Part shown: one piece after another, positions 1 to 13,879 of the stretch
Layout: the number at the start of each line of letters is the position of its first letter
How positions within the stretch are numbered: position 1 is the first letter of the stretch
Assembly: GCA_951406725.2 (NCBI GenBank)
Contig: OX597823.1
Location: 23,002,001 to 23,066,000 of the forward strand
Reading direction: 5' to 3'
Length of the DNA stretch: 64,000 bases
From: Octopus vulgaris
Lineage: Eukaryota
Translations under genes and position numbers: made by a program
Notes under the pieces: generated by a model
Told to the model about the DNA's origin: nothing
The model's input: the letters and a program-made list of their open reading frames with translations, nothing else
Database searches by the model: none

Positions 1-994
1 AAAATGTTGATCCAGCCCTGCTCTATGTAAACTCAAAGATAGTATCAGAGTTCAAATGCAGCTGACATCAACATCGCCTTTCAGGAACAGAGAAAATAAA
101 ATACCAGTCAAGTACTGAGGTAGATGTAATCAACTAACCCCATCTCCCTTAAAAAAATTGCTGGCTTTGTGCCAAAATTAGAAAGAATTATTTTCATTAT
201 TATTATTATCCTACCTTGTATTTTGGTGGAAGGAAAGTGTTTAAAGCCCATTGCATACATACATACATACATACATACATACATACATACATACATACAT
301 GTAGTACACATATATTCTTAATACACATATATATATGATATATATATACACACATATATAATGTTAGCATGTACATGTGTGTACTTGTAAGAAAGTTTAC
401 ATTCTGCACTTCTCTGAAAATCTGTCTGGTGGGCCTGCAGTTCTGTGCTTTCAAAGATCAGTGGAATAAAAATAACTTCCTCACTTGAAAAACAAGTAAG
501 GGTTATCAACAGGCAGTACATCTGGCTGTAAAATGTAACAACAATGCCTCAATATGTATTCATCTAACCCATGCTAATCGAAAAATGAACACAAATATAT
601 ATATATATTCACTTCCAATTTCTTACTTTTATTTTAGCAAATTGCACACATTCATGCACATCTATTTATTTACCTTTCTACTAGTAGTCTTCAGTTTTGT
701 GAATTACCATGTCATTACAGTCTATCTCCAAGCATAGAGATTTGTGATAAGCACAGGATTTTAAAATGTGATTCGACTTCTTTTGTTACAAATAATGAGA
801 TTTTTGATAAGGGGTCAACCGTATTTATTTACATATTTATTTATGAATTATTAATGAATGGAAGAAGTAAGGTGGCCAAATGGCTATCACAGCTATTGAT
901 TTCTTCTTCTTTATATCAAACTTTCATTATCGGCACAGAGGGAGGAAAATGATGCTTTGATTTATTGGAATTTATCCTAGTTTACAAATTGAAT

Positions 995-1165
995 CGTCAT
1001 CATCACCATCATCATTATTGTCTTCATAATTTGTATCACTGTCAGCATCATCATTATCTTCCTCACCAGCATCGTCACCTTCACTACCACCAACATTATC
1101 ACCCCCACCATCATCATATTCCTCACTATTACTATTATCACTACTACCATCATCATCTTCACCAA
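995..1165. repeat. Degenerate (CAT/CAC/TAT)n trinucleotide tract
   Basis: Imperfect triplet repeat; explains the His-rich and Met/Val-rich ORFs 965..1180 and 977..1165. Confidence 0.9.
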
Positions 1166-2064
1166 TATATTAACATCTAGTTCAAATAAGGTTCCGCCTA
1201 TCCCCTGAATTAGACAGGTTTCCCTAACAGCATATTGCTATTTGTCATAGTCTTTGGTCTCCTTGTTTGTCAGGTCCAAATCCTGTGATCTGGGATCTAA
1301 ACTCATCACTTCTTTCCGTGTCTTCCTTGTATTTGGGAATGAGTTCAATGACATCTTTGATAACTGAATAGCGAGAACACCAGACAGCTAGCCATTTGTA
1401 GGTCAGTGGTTCATTTTCTATCAACTCAGTGTCTGTAGCCAAGATACATGACTCATAGATAGGTCCCAGTACAGATGTAGACAAGCCTGCTTGTATGATT
1501 AAGAAATTTGCTTTGCAACTTCGTGTTTCCTGGTTTGATCCCAGTGGAGTAGCTTGGGTGAGTCTCAGCCATGAATTAAATTTAATAAATAGAAGCTGTA
1601 CAGAATCCTGTTGAATCAGTGTGTGTGTGTGTGTGTTTCAATAATTTATGTTGGTAAAAGTTTTTCTTTCCTCGTGGTGAGAAACTTGCTTAATAAATGT
1701 ATTCAAACAAAACAAGGTATATTATGGTACTTATTCTACCCGAATTGCACAGATGTTCCCTTATCACTCTCACCATCAGAAATGCAGTCAGCAAGTAATC
1801 AATTCAATTAAAACCCATAACTAACTATGCTAAGGTTCACAAAATGTAAAATTCAAGTAAGGTACTTAATAAATCACTGTCACTAACAGCTGTTCCACTA
1901 TAAAAGTGACAAATCTTCTGTTATCCTGTGCACTCTTAAATTTAACTCCTACATTGAATAATTGATGGATAAGCTCCATTAACCTGATTCCTCTTAGATA
2001 CATTTTGTGAAGACATGGCCTTCGATGGTGGTTCTTCAATGATCTAATGGATTAGAAGACTAAC

Positions 2065-2231
2065 ACAGTTCTATATTTAAGAGATGAGGAATTATGTACA
2101 TTATTTACATTTGTCCTTATCTTGTTTGTTGTTAACGAGTTTCGGCTGATATACCTTCCAGCCTTCATCGTGTGTCTCAGGGAAATTTCAAACCTGGGCT
2201 CTCATTCCTAAGGTATTTTTCGATGTTGTTG

Positions 2232-2278
<47 letters not shown>

Positions 2279-2619
2279 TTTCAGGTCACTGCCTGGAATC
2301 GGACTCGGAATCTTGGGGTTAGTAGCCTTAACCTCTTAACCACTGTGCTCACTGGCATATGGTGTAGTGGTTAAGAGCATGGGCTACTAACCCCAAGATT
2401 CCAAGATGAATTCCAGGCAGTGACTTGAATAATAATAATAATAAATATAATAATAATAATAATGATGATAATAGCATCAAAAAATACCTAAGGAATGAGA
2501 ACCCAAACTCGAAATTTCCCCAAGACACCTAATGAAGGCTGGAGGGTACATCAGCCGAAACATGTTAACAACAAACAAGATGAGGACAAATATCTGTCAA
2601 ATGTAAATAATGTAAATAA
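2065..2619. mobile_element. Palindromic non-autonomous retroelement: two head-to-head units of tRNA-like head + (AAT)n + Penelope-type tail with hammerhead relic
   Basis: Arms about 2091-2345 and 2364-2620 are reverse complements. A-box TGGTGTAGTGG (2360-2370), B-box-like GAGTCCGATTCC on minus (about 2295-2306). CTAATGA-A-GGCTG..CAGCC-GAAA at 2529-2560. 12-bp direct repeat TAGAAGACTAAC at 2053-2064 and 2620-2631. Confidence 0.75.
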
Positions 2620-4489
2620 TAGAAGACTAACCATAACTATTTCCAGTAGCCCAGTGTTTTATGGAGTGTTCTGTTACCATAATTCAAAACTCATGACATT
2701 AGGCAGGAGAACAAATAACTCTTATTCTATGTGTTGATTTCTAATGCAGGCACAAGGCCCTGAGTATAGGAAGGATGGAGTTCTTATCTGGTTTGATTTT
2801 GATGCAATAGAAGCCACTTATTTTGATTACTTTAGGACTAAAACTTTTAGATAATAACCGAGCAATAATATTAGCAGGGGATACAAAAATTGCCAGATTG
2901 TGTTTGGAATCCACTAATTTTGATTTTAATAACTGTTTGGTGACATTATCTTTGATTGTGATAAACAGCATCCACCGTATTTTGGTATACAGAAACATTG
3001 CTCTGTGTAAATGCTCTAATGTTGGCCAACTAAGTTAATTGATAACTCTCACTCACAATATCTTGGTATTCTAACATTGAAACACACTCTGTCTTCACCT
3101 TACAGTTAGATGAAACTTGGAAATGTTACTGTCCATTGAATTCAAAGACCCAGTTTTTTATATCTAGGTACTAATAATAAATACAGTCAATTGGCAGAAA
3201 TAATTGAGCAGGAAGCAATGATAATGTAATTAGATATATATATGTCTCATTACATTCTGAGTTCAAATGCTGCCAGAGTTGGTTTTGCTTTTTCTCTTTC
3301 TGAAGTCAATATAGTAAAGTAGCTACTTGTCAAATACTGGGATGAAGAACATCAGATATACCCACATTTGAAACCTTGTGTCTGCGTTAGAAATCAAAAT
3401 AAGGATCTCTAACATTGGTTCAGAGCCACAAATTTACAGAGGAGGGGGAGTATAGTCAAATGAACTAACTTGTTCTTACATTATTGATCAGTGAGGTAGG
3501 AAAGGCAAAATCAATCTCAATGAGATTTGAACTCAGAATGTAAAGTAAAGCAAGTGAATACTGTAAAATGTTAACAGTATGACACTATAATTTGTCATTC
3601 CACTGGGTAAATTTTTCCCATTCACAAAATATTGTTAGTACACTCTGAACTCTTAAGTACACTGTAGTAGAAGTGAGTTGCTATTCCTGATTGTTATTCA
3701 AATTAGTTCTCTTTATATGCTAAATCTCATGAGATTCTCAAATAGAAAATAAAAGCAATAAAGATTTGTGCAATAAATGTCTTTCTTTCTCACAAGAATA
3801 ATTTTCACAAATTTTTATCTGCATTTGTTTGCTTCTTAAAAGTCTCTTGAGAGCTAGGATATAAGGGGAAATAAACACGAAGAAATTATTTAAAATAATT
3901 TTGCAGTGTATTTAGATATTAATCTTAACTTTGAAGTTTCAGAAAGATTAACAAAGCCACTATATTTGGTCATTTATAATCTTGAGACTTCAAATAATAC
4001 ATGTATTCCAAACAAATAAAACTTTAGTGTAATCACTTTAATTTCTTGTATATGTTGCTTGGATAAATGCCAGTGTTTTATTAAGGCCCCATTTGCATTT
4101 TCCATTATTACCTATTCCTATAAAGAAGCAACAGCATATAATCAACAACAGCAAAAAACTGACACAAAAAGGATGATGTGTAATTAATAGTTTCCTAAAT
4201 AAACAGAAAATTAGAAATTTGGGGGTAAAGAGCTTGCTAATTAGATTGACCCTAGAAACTATCTGGTACTTTATTTATCAACTTCCAGATGGAAGTAAGG
4301 CAGAGTTGACTTCAGCAGGATTTGTACTTGAAACGTAATGTTGCACAATTAATATCAATTAAAAAAAAACCATCACCAAAACCACCATGTTTTAACCATT
4401 TTTTCAATGCTGGAATGGATAGGAAAAGTAACCCTTCATCTTGATTCCTTGTCATTTCATCTTATGGTTCAGCATCCTGATATAATAAT

Positions 4490-4678
4490 AATATAATAAT
4501 AATAATAATTGTGTACAGTGCTCAGGTGCACTACAACTCATCTAAAGTGTATATATAATCAGGTGTAGTTTCGGCGGATTTCAGAAAGCATGAGGGCCTT
4601 AAAGGATGCAGTGTCATGGCAGTCAACAACTGACGCAGGCAGTTTATTCCATGCTTCAGCAACTCTGAGCATGAAAAA
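4490..4678 (-). mobile_element. CR1-clade LINE 3' end
   Basis: Minus translation FFMLRVAEAWNKLPASVVDCHDTASFKALM matches the CR1 ORF2 C-terminal FF..RV...WN.LP..VV....FK motif; (ATT)n tail. A shorter copy of the same 3' end is at about 6378-6440. Confidence 0.8.
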
Positions 4679-4969
4679 TATCTGCCCTCAATATCTTCCA
4701 TTGTTTTCCTCTTCCACAGACACCTGCCACTGACATCACAATGTCTCCTTGTAATCTATTCACAATTCGTCTCCTTGGCTGATACCTTTAATGCCCATCC
4801 ACCCTCTCTTTCACTTCACTTCTATTATTTCTGTGCAAATTTATGTTGCACAGTCAACAAATCAAATAAAAACGCATTTATTGTAAATATCAGAATCTGA
4901 ATTTCTATTCAGTTCTCTCTCATCTAGACAATAAGTTTAAATATATACTTTATGATAGAAAATGCATGT

Positions 4970-5012
<43 letters not shown>

Positions 5013-6654
5013 CTGTTTTCTTTTTTCTTTAACAGTAAGGCTTTGTGTGTATGAGAGAGGGTACCACTGAGTACATAGTTATGAAAACAAAATACGTAAT
5101 AAAAAAAAGCACCACAAATTGTGTAACATATATTATGCATGGCAGGTATGCATAGCTTAGAGAATATTGGAACAGGTAATATTTTCAAATCTCATGGCAT
5201 CTACTTCCTTTCAACTAGGTGAGACATTGTAGAAATAAATGTTCTTTGCAAATATACAATGATGTTTGTAATGTATTTCATGTTAAAAACCTATAAACTT
5301 TAGTCTACAATATCATATTTACTTTGCTATTTTATTTCTACAGTATACAAGGTGATAAAGAGAGAAGAAATACATCCCACCCACCAGATAGCATATGAAT
5401 CTAGTGTTATCTTTTATTCATAGCTTTTGGTTAGATTTGTTGTCAGTGTAAGAAAATAAATGAAACAAAAATTTAATCTCCTATGTTCTTCTTGCTCTGT
5501 TGAATCATCTTCTTGTGATATTTGTCTCCTCAATCAATCTTTTCTGCCACTAGAACTTTAACCACTGCTTTTCAGAACTGGCTGGTCGCCTCTATCCGGG
5601 TACTCCTGATTTACTTGTCTCATCACCCTTGTTGCATCCAACCCAACCAGGCCTGTACTAATCACTACACTGAGTCCTTCTTTCTCTAAATATCATCCTT
5701 CTGAAACTCTTTCTCTGCTCATATCTTCCCCATGAGTGCCAACAGGCAACATAGTTGTAGTAAAACATTAACAGTATTAATCCCACTGATTTCAGAAGGT
5801 CTGCACAGGCCATGGATATTGCTTCTTCCTCCAGACACAGCAAATCAAATAAAAATAACAATAAATAAAAAGTAAAAATAAAGAGACAGCAGTATTGATT
5901 GTTGCTGTAGTTATTTTGAATAGTTTTGTAGAGTTGAAGTGTTTGATTGAGACAGTTGACATCTCTCACGTACGATGTCTTCATACTCAGACAGAAAAGG
6001 AGAAACAAACCCTACAACATGAAGCTGCATTTGAAGGAATGCCAGAGGGAGGGATTAATAAGTTTATTGCCAGGGATATGATATAAATGAATAATGCAAA
6101 CACTCAGTATTCAACAGTGAATCAACAGTGTTGGCAATGAATAAGGACCAATTTGAGGAGATAACTGAAATCATGAGACACATATAGGTTTGCACATGTG
6201 TGTGTGTGTGTGTGCATGCATGTGTACATGTGTATGTGCATGTGTGCGAAGCTATGTCAGTAGTTGTTGTTTGGTGCCAGATAAGTCCTGATGAATGTCA
6301 TGTGCATCCCATCTTCTTTCAGGCTTAATGTATCTCAAACTACTTATCCAATGGTTCTTCCTCTTACAATAAAAAAATAATAATAATAATAATAATGAGC
6401 TTATTGTATACAGTGATCAGGTGCACTACAATTTGTCAGAAAAAGATTAAAAGAGGTGACAGAAAGTAACCTTAAGTCAAGTAAAAAAAGACAACAAAGC
6501 TAAAGCTAAAAGTTGCACATTACACGGAATAAAACACAAAAAGGACTGAAAAGTGAACAGGAAAACAGTTACAAAGAGGTAAAGATACTCTAACAATACT
6601 GCTGCTCCACTAATCCACCATCCTTGACACATTTCACACAATAGTATACTTAAT

Positions 6655-6800
6655 GTGTTAGTGGCCTAGTGGATTACAATTCTTAAATATAGAAATGAAT
6701 GTCCCTTGTTCAAATTTAGTCTGGTATGGTGTAAATATTCTAGGAATAAAATACCTGAAGATGATCTGAGAGCAAACTAATCAAAATGTAGTCTTGTAAT
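6655..6800 (+). mobile_element. Degenerate tRNA-like head followed by hammerhead-like relic
   Basis: GTGGCCTAGTGG (A-box) and GTTCAAAT (B-box-like), then CTGAAGA (6755-6761)-T-GAT..ATC-AAAA-TGTA-GTC. Confidence 0.35.
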
Positions 6801-6984
6801 CATCATCATCAATTTATGCGTACTTCTCATGATAGTATGGGTTAGACAAGCAATTGCAGTCCACACTAATTCTTCATTGGGTCTGCTCTCATAGACTGGT
6901 AGTCATACATTTCATTTTCTATGACTAGATGCCTTACCTATCACTAGCCATTTTACAGATTGTGCTGACAACATTTTTTATTCA

Positions 6985-7026
<42 letters not shown>

Positions 7027-9182
7027 AATATATTTTGCACAAGCACTTGTGCATCATATCCTCAGTAAAATAAGATTAAGATCTCCACTTAACCCTATAC
7101 TTTCTCTGCTTGTTTGCCAACCACTTTATAGTGCAAGCCAAATGTTTTGTTTTTTGTTTTGTTTTTTTGGTACCACAAAATGTAGATACTAAGATAATTT
7201 TTCATATCAAATGATGAGGTTAATAGTTTGAAACTTTATGACTGTATTAACAATAACTCATCTCAAAGATTTAAGTATTTAATCCCTCTTCTTTCTATCC
7301 TCTTTCTCTAACAATCTTTCTTTTCCTCCTTCTCTCTGCCAATTTCTCAATCTCCATCTCTTTCTCTCTCTCTCTCTTTCTCAAATGGTTCTGTGAATGG
7401 TAGAGTGATTGAGAGTGACAAGATCTACAAAAGTTATTTCATATAGTATAAGCTATGCTCCTCACCAAACTGAGTTCAAATCATACTGAAGTCATCTGTC
7501 ATCTTTTGGGACTACTCAAAAGTTACAGCTGAGTGCTGGTGCTGAGTGCTGGTGAATTCAATAGAGCATGATATCCTCTCAAATGTGTCATTTGAGTCAT
7601 GTTTCTTTACTTTCCAAGTACAAATCCCACCAAGATCACCTTTGTGTATCATCCTTTCAAGGTCGATAAGACCAAAATACCAGTCAGATACTCTGTAAAT
7701 AACATCTAAAATTTGAGGCCTTCTGCCTATGTTATTTTCATATAAGTTTCTATCAGAGATGGCTCAAAAAGTCATTATATATTGTAAAACACTTCAGCTG
7801 ATAAACATCAGCTTTTTGTTTCTTCAATGAGGACTTCAAAAAGAAAGCAATAAAGAGCTGGTGCAACAAAGTTATGTAATTCAAGGCATTATTGAAATAG
7901 TTTCCATCTCTGTGGAGATGCTCGATAAGCCATTATGCAGTAAACCACTTCAACTAATCAACATCATTTTGTGTCTGGAGAGTTTATATTGCTTACATTG
8001 CTGATTATATTTAAATCTTTTTTTCTTCCTTAAAACATGTCACAATTATTCTGTTTCTCTTTTGTTTGTTTTTTTGTTTTGTTTTTTTCTTTCTGTTTTT
8101 ATTTAATCATTTTTATATTTCCCCAACTGTTTTGTGTACTACATCTAACTGACATTAACCAATTCACACCAGCAAGGAGTACCAGCAATTCAGTATTAGA
8201 TTTCTACATGTTCTTGCTATTTCATTTCATTTTATTTATATTTATTTATTTTCAATTACTGAACAAGGCCACTTTCTGCTTCTGTTGGCATCTATCACAA
8301 GAGCTCAACTACTTACTATAAAATAATTATCACAATAAACTTGTTTATGTGTAGTTGTTGTTGTTGGGAGTTGTTGTTAATGCTGCTATCGTTGTTTTTA
8401 TTTTTATTGTATTGTTGATTACTTTATTCTCAGGATAGAGCGGTTGTTGACACTCTGCAAGGCCCACTATAAAGTATTGTATTCATGTTTAAGATAGCAT
8501 GTTCTCCTTTGTTCATTGGCATATTTTAAACTCTTTCCAGAATGACATGTTTGGAATAAGTCACTTTCTTTCTTTCTCACATCCTACATCACATACACAA
8601 AGCATTTTTAGCATTCATACCTTCTCAAGATCCCCTCCTTGCCCACAATTTTTTTATCCAATAATCATCTTTAATCCTATCAGCTTGGGAGGGTCTGATA
8701 AAGTCCTCTCCTTACTCACTCCTCCTAACATATAAGAAATCTGAAATGCAGTTACTGTAAAGCTAAGGCACTGGAGTACTCACCATATGGTTAACTGGGG
8801 TAAATTGAAACATATCTTAAAGCAAAGTATAGTACAGAGATAATTATTTCTCGAAGTCTACAATATTTGATACTGAAGCTAGTTTGTGTGTGTGTGAATA
8901 TTATTAAAAGCTGAAGCTTCTTGAATATCATCATAACTTTGAGTTTCACAATTCTGTTCAAATGTAAAACTCAGTGTTACAATGCAAGAATTTCAGCTTT
9001 TAATAAAATATGTATACTCTGCTTCATGTATTGAGTACTTTTGTTCCCTTGTTTGCAAGCACAATCATTCACCAATCCATTTATAATATTTTTCTATGCA
9101 TTACTACATTACTGTCTATTTTGTCCATGTGAAGGGTAGTAATAACACGAATGGATGACTATATGCGTATATATAAATATAT

Positions 9183-9301
<119 letters not shown>

Positions 9302-9833
9302 AAGGAGTCGGAGGAGGAGGAGGTCTCTATTATTCTGCATTTGTGTGTTCAAATCATGGGGACAGTCAAAGTGTTTAACATAGGAAAAGAATATCATGAA
9401 GATTTAGAAATTTATGCATTAAAAGATATACCAATAGATAGTCAAATTAAAGTGAATTAGCTGTGGATGTTACACATTTATATTTTACATGTTTCAGACC
9501 AAAGGCTGTAGCCATGCTGGGGCACCGCCATTATTCATTTGTTGGGGCACTTTTTTGTGATTTTTTTCTTCAATTTTTTGTTATTTGGCTTGAATGCTTA
9601 TTGGTATTATGAGAGAAGGGAATGCAGACATGATAGTTAATTTGCTAGCTAGATACATACATCCATAGGTGAGTCTACAGATATATTAACTGATATGCAG
9701 ATTTGAGAGCTATATTAATAGATATACAAGTAGATATGTTACTGAACAGAACTGAAATAAAAAGAAATTAAAATAATCTCAATTGGTATATAACTTTGAT
9801 TGAGCTTTGATGATGGCTGGACAATGAAAGATG

Positions 9834-9884
<51 letters not shown>

Positions 9885-9889
<5 letters not shown>

Positions 9890-10123
9890 AATGGATGAAT
9901 GAATTATCCTTTGTTTACAGTTAACATGGAAAATTCAATAAACAGTTACCAGGGTAGCAAAATTCACGCAAGTAACAAGGATGTAGCGACCTATTCAAAG
10001 GTAGAAACTCCGGGTTAATGTGCAGTAATTTGTATAGTATAAGTAAATAAATGGAATTGAACACAGATGTTATTCAAATTCTTTGAATTTGAATAACATC
10101 TACGTGCAACTCCATTTATTTAC
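9885..10123. mobile_element. Short element between (TA)n tracts ending in a 39-bp-arm hairpin, probably a PLE terminus
   Basis: Arms 10043-10081 and 10085-10123, 4 mismatches, TTT loop. PLE assignment is inference from the inverted end and TA-tract insertion. Confidence 0.45.
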
Positions 10124-11543
10124 ATATATATATATATATATTTATATTTTCAAATAAATATGAATATACAAACAAATTTAATCATTTTGATTCATTTTTT
10201 GTTTCCTTAAACTATAAAGTATTTCATATTTGTCAAACATATTAAAAGAAGGAAAATAAGCAATACCTTCTAAGATCATTTCAATTATATTCAAAAGTAA
10301 TTTTGATTAAATGGCAGGATTTCAAAAGAATTTTTTTGATATTGCTTGTTTGTGTTTAATATAATAACATAATGTTTTCAAATATGCTGCCTTACACTGT
10401 GGAATCTCCACAGGTCCTACTAGTATATATCTAATCATAGAAGAGCATTGTAGCTTACTTGAAGCATTGTGATAAAGAAATATGACAAAATGGGGAAAAC
10501 AGAGAGCTTCTTACAATGTGAAATAGAAACAGTTTAATAACTTTTATATATTTCAGGCACAAAGGTCCATCATCAACACTAAACAATCAAGAAATGTTCA
10601 TCTGGTTATTAAACTTTCCTTTTTATGCATTGAAACAGGCTCTCCATCTTTGCTATTTTGCATCTAACCTTAATTTCAAATTCTTCAGCCAATTGTCACT
10701 TGAACTTTACAACCAAATTTACTCCAAATTCTGTTTCTTATTTTTCTTTCAATCTTTAAAAATTCCAGTTTCCAAATTACCATTTCCTGCATGTGGGGAC
10801 ACACACACACTCAATTTCAACTACATAAATTCAAACACTATTGGCCTAGTACATCCCAAAGAAATTATTTCAAATCTGATTTCAAAGAAAGACATTTAGA
10901 AGTTATTTCCAATTTCTTGCACATCTGCCTCATCAATAATCTCACACACACACAAAAAGAAACAAGGTTGGACTATCAAAAAACAATCTGTTTTTTTAGC
11001 TGACACTGTCTTTCTGAGCTCTCATTTCAAAGAAATAAAATACTAAATAGTATAAAGTACAGTAGGTTAAAACAACATAGAAAAATTGTCTTCAAATTTT
11101 GGCACAAGGCCAACAATTTGTGGGGGAGGAGGTAATCGATTGTATAGACCCCAGTGCTTAACTGGCATTTATTTTACTGACCCCCACCACCACCACCAAA
11201 AAAAAATAGGATGAAGGGCAGGGCCAACCTTGGCCAAATTTGAACTCAGAATATAAAGTTGGACAAAATGTCACTAAGCATTTTGTCTGGCAAGCTGACA
11301 ATTCTGATAGCTTGCTACTTGCAATGTAGAAAGAAAAATTAGAAATATTTTCATAGAAATATTAAAGTATAATATTAGTACAAGGCCATATATTTGAGGG
11401 GAAAGGTAATGCCTATGTTTGATGCTATTACACAATATTGTTTAGCCCTCATGTCTCTTTTTGTTATTGTGTAATTCAAACCATCCCCAGCTCATGCACT
11501 AATCACTATATCCAGTCCTTATCTACAAGTGTTGTTGTCTTAC

Positions 11544-11618
11544 AAAGGTTCAAGTGAAGTATTAGTGACATCAATCTCATAGACTATCACACTATGGTAT
11601 CTACTTCTTCCTGCAGAC
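11544..11618 (-). CDS. Candidate 75-nt internal coding exon (phase 2/2): SAGRSRYHSVIVYEIDVTNTSLEP
   Basis: Long T-rich tract ending ttaacttgttag| acceptor; TTT|GTAAGA donor; length a multiple of 3; only one frame open; product not recognised. Confidence 0.3.
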
Positions 11619-12243
11619 CTAACAAGTTAAAAAGGAAAAAAAAATCAAAATATGTGAAAATCCAATGTCAGGTCGTATAGATCTGGCCATGTTTGAGTAA
11701 TAAAATGTTGCCTAATGGAATTGAAAATCTTCATGGATAATAAGTTGAATGACTTGCCAATATATCTCAATGAAAAAAAAAGACAACTTATTAATTATTA
11801 TTATTTTATAAGACAACAACTGTGTACACATAGCCTAGACTGGGTGGAGTAAAATAGCTCTGCATTGTTGTCCAGACATGATTCTGTTTTATTTTAATAT
11901 GGGCAATTGAAGAACATCAAAAGGATTTGGAAAATATCACAGGATTATAATGCTGATATGCAACAATGGAAAAGTACTTTTGACTGACTGTAACAAAAAT
12001 ATACTGTAAAGAAAAAAATTCTCTTTTATGTAATCTATAAATGTGTAACATATCCACAATATCTTACTATTGACAGTATTTTCGAATTTCGTAATGCATT
12101 GCTTATGAGAATTCTGTTAATTGCTTTGTAATTTCAATCATTAAGGTTATGCAATTAAATGGAATTGAGTGTGTGTATATGTGTGCATGTATGTAATATC
12201 CTCAACATTTTATGTTCTCCTAATTTTGAGGCAATGTTTATAA

Positions 12244-12900
12244 CTATACCTTTTTAACTGCTTCTGGCAACTGACAGGGATATAATGCACCCTTTCCAAG
12301 ACAGGGATACACATGTCTATGTGTATTTGATACATGACATATGACTTGATCATATCTGTTTAGCTGGTATCTGTGAAAGATAGCTTTATAGCTCAGTGCT
12401 GTGCTAGAAACAACAGATGAAATGACCATTCTCTCAGCTTACTTATATATTTCCTGCTTCTCTGATAACTCAACTATTTTCAGGTGTTCTAACACTTTTA
12501 CAACTGATCGTACCAATACTAAAATGAATACATAAATAAGAGCAAACATTGATAATTAAGATTTATATTCAAGAAGCCAGTAACCCTCATCAAATGTTGA
12601 GAATTCAAGAAATATTTGGAACTTTAGATGAAGAAAACAGTAAGACTGAATTCATCCTGAAGTTGAGAGAGAAGAGAGTTGGGCTGGAGAAAGTCAATGA
12701 AAACTATTCTAATTGAGCGTTGCTTGGTATTTGACCTTTTGCAACATGTCTTTGAGTTCCATCTAATGTCAGCAGTGCTACCTTCTTGAAATGCTACTAC
12801 TTTGCAAACATAGCAAACATCTTTTTGTTTTCAAAATGTCAACCTTGAACTTTCTCCATACCATAACTCTCATCAATAGTTTTATCATCTTTGTAGCTGT
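12244..12900 (-). mobile_element. Highly decayed RLE-type (R4/Dong-like) LINE fragment
   Basis: RYQLNRYDQVICHV resembles the Y..RHD.V motif following the zinc knuckle of RLE LINEs; upstream sequence is broken by stops. Confidence 0.35.
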
Positions 12901-12912
12901 TTAAGGGATTTA

Positions 12913-12962
<50 letters not shown>

Positions 12963-13326
12963 CAAACACACATGTATGTATATATGTATACATATTCAAA
13001 ACACACACACACACACACACAATGTTGTATAAGGTGTTTGTGTGAACATTGTAAACTTACATGCATGTGTATATACATGTATACAACCTCAGCTTCAAAC
13101 AATAAATATATTTGCTTTTTATTTGTAGCTGAGTTCATGTATATATATGTACACATATATACTTGTGTGTATGTGTGTGTGTACAAAAAAGCACTCACAT
13201 GCACATATAAACATGTATACACACATTTATATGTATATTTGTAAATAGGTGAATGTTTGTGTATGCATATGTATGTTTAGTGCACATCCTTACACATACA
13301 TACACACACATATATATGAGCTCAGG

Positions 13327-13388
<62 letters not shown>

Positions 13389-13879
13389 AGTAACGATATG
13401 TGTGTTTTACCTATGATACAACAAAGTACTCAAACCACATTTGTAGGAAAGTGAGTAGAGCCTGGTATGTTGGGTGGAGAGACAACTAAAATACCAAGCT
13501 GCACATGAGGCTTCTCACTCCCTAACATTGATACTCCACTAATGTTTAAGGTCTGTGTTTTAGATATGGATATACATACTTTTATGTCTTGATGGAGTTG
13601 CTGCATATTTTGGGGGAGGCTCCCCAATTTGCTTCCCATGGCTTTCTATTACAATTCCAGTCATGTCTAGGACGTTTTATAGGAATGTAAAACTGACTAT
13701 GATACTTCTGGTTCTTTATTTTAGCAACTCTCAAAGGATGAAATGCAACAGTGGTTTCAGTAGAATTTGAACTCAAAATGTAAGATAATGTTCTGCAACT
13801 CATTTTCCTGTCTCTCTCACTCTATGAAGTGTACAAACCAATAACACAATAACATTGATAATAATTGTGAAAGACACAA

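Noticed and set aside
965-1180. His-rich 71-aa ORF
   Set aside because: Degenerate (CAT)n tract with no convincing splice or start context.
1245-1484. Non-repetitive 79-aa minus ORF
   Set aside because: No recognisable motif or splice signals; non-ATG start abuts a SINE remnant; probably decayed TE.
8434-8473. Plus-strand mini-exon IERLLTLCKAHYK, and AQRSIINTKQSRNVHL at 10557
   Set aside because: Acceptors plausible but donors (GTATTG, GTTATT) are poor and peptides unrecognised.
11586-11618. LQEEVDTIV resembling a cytochrome P450 J-helix
   Set aside because: Followed immediately by two stop codons; no other P450 motifs.
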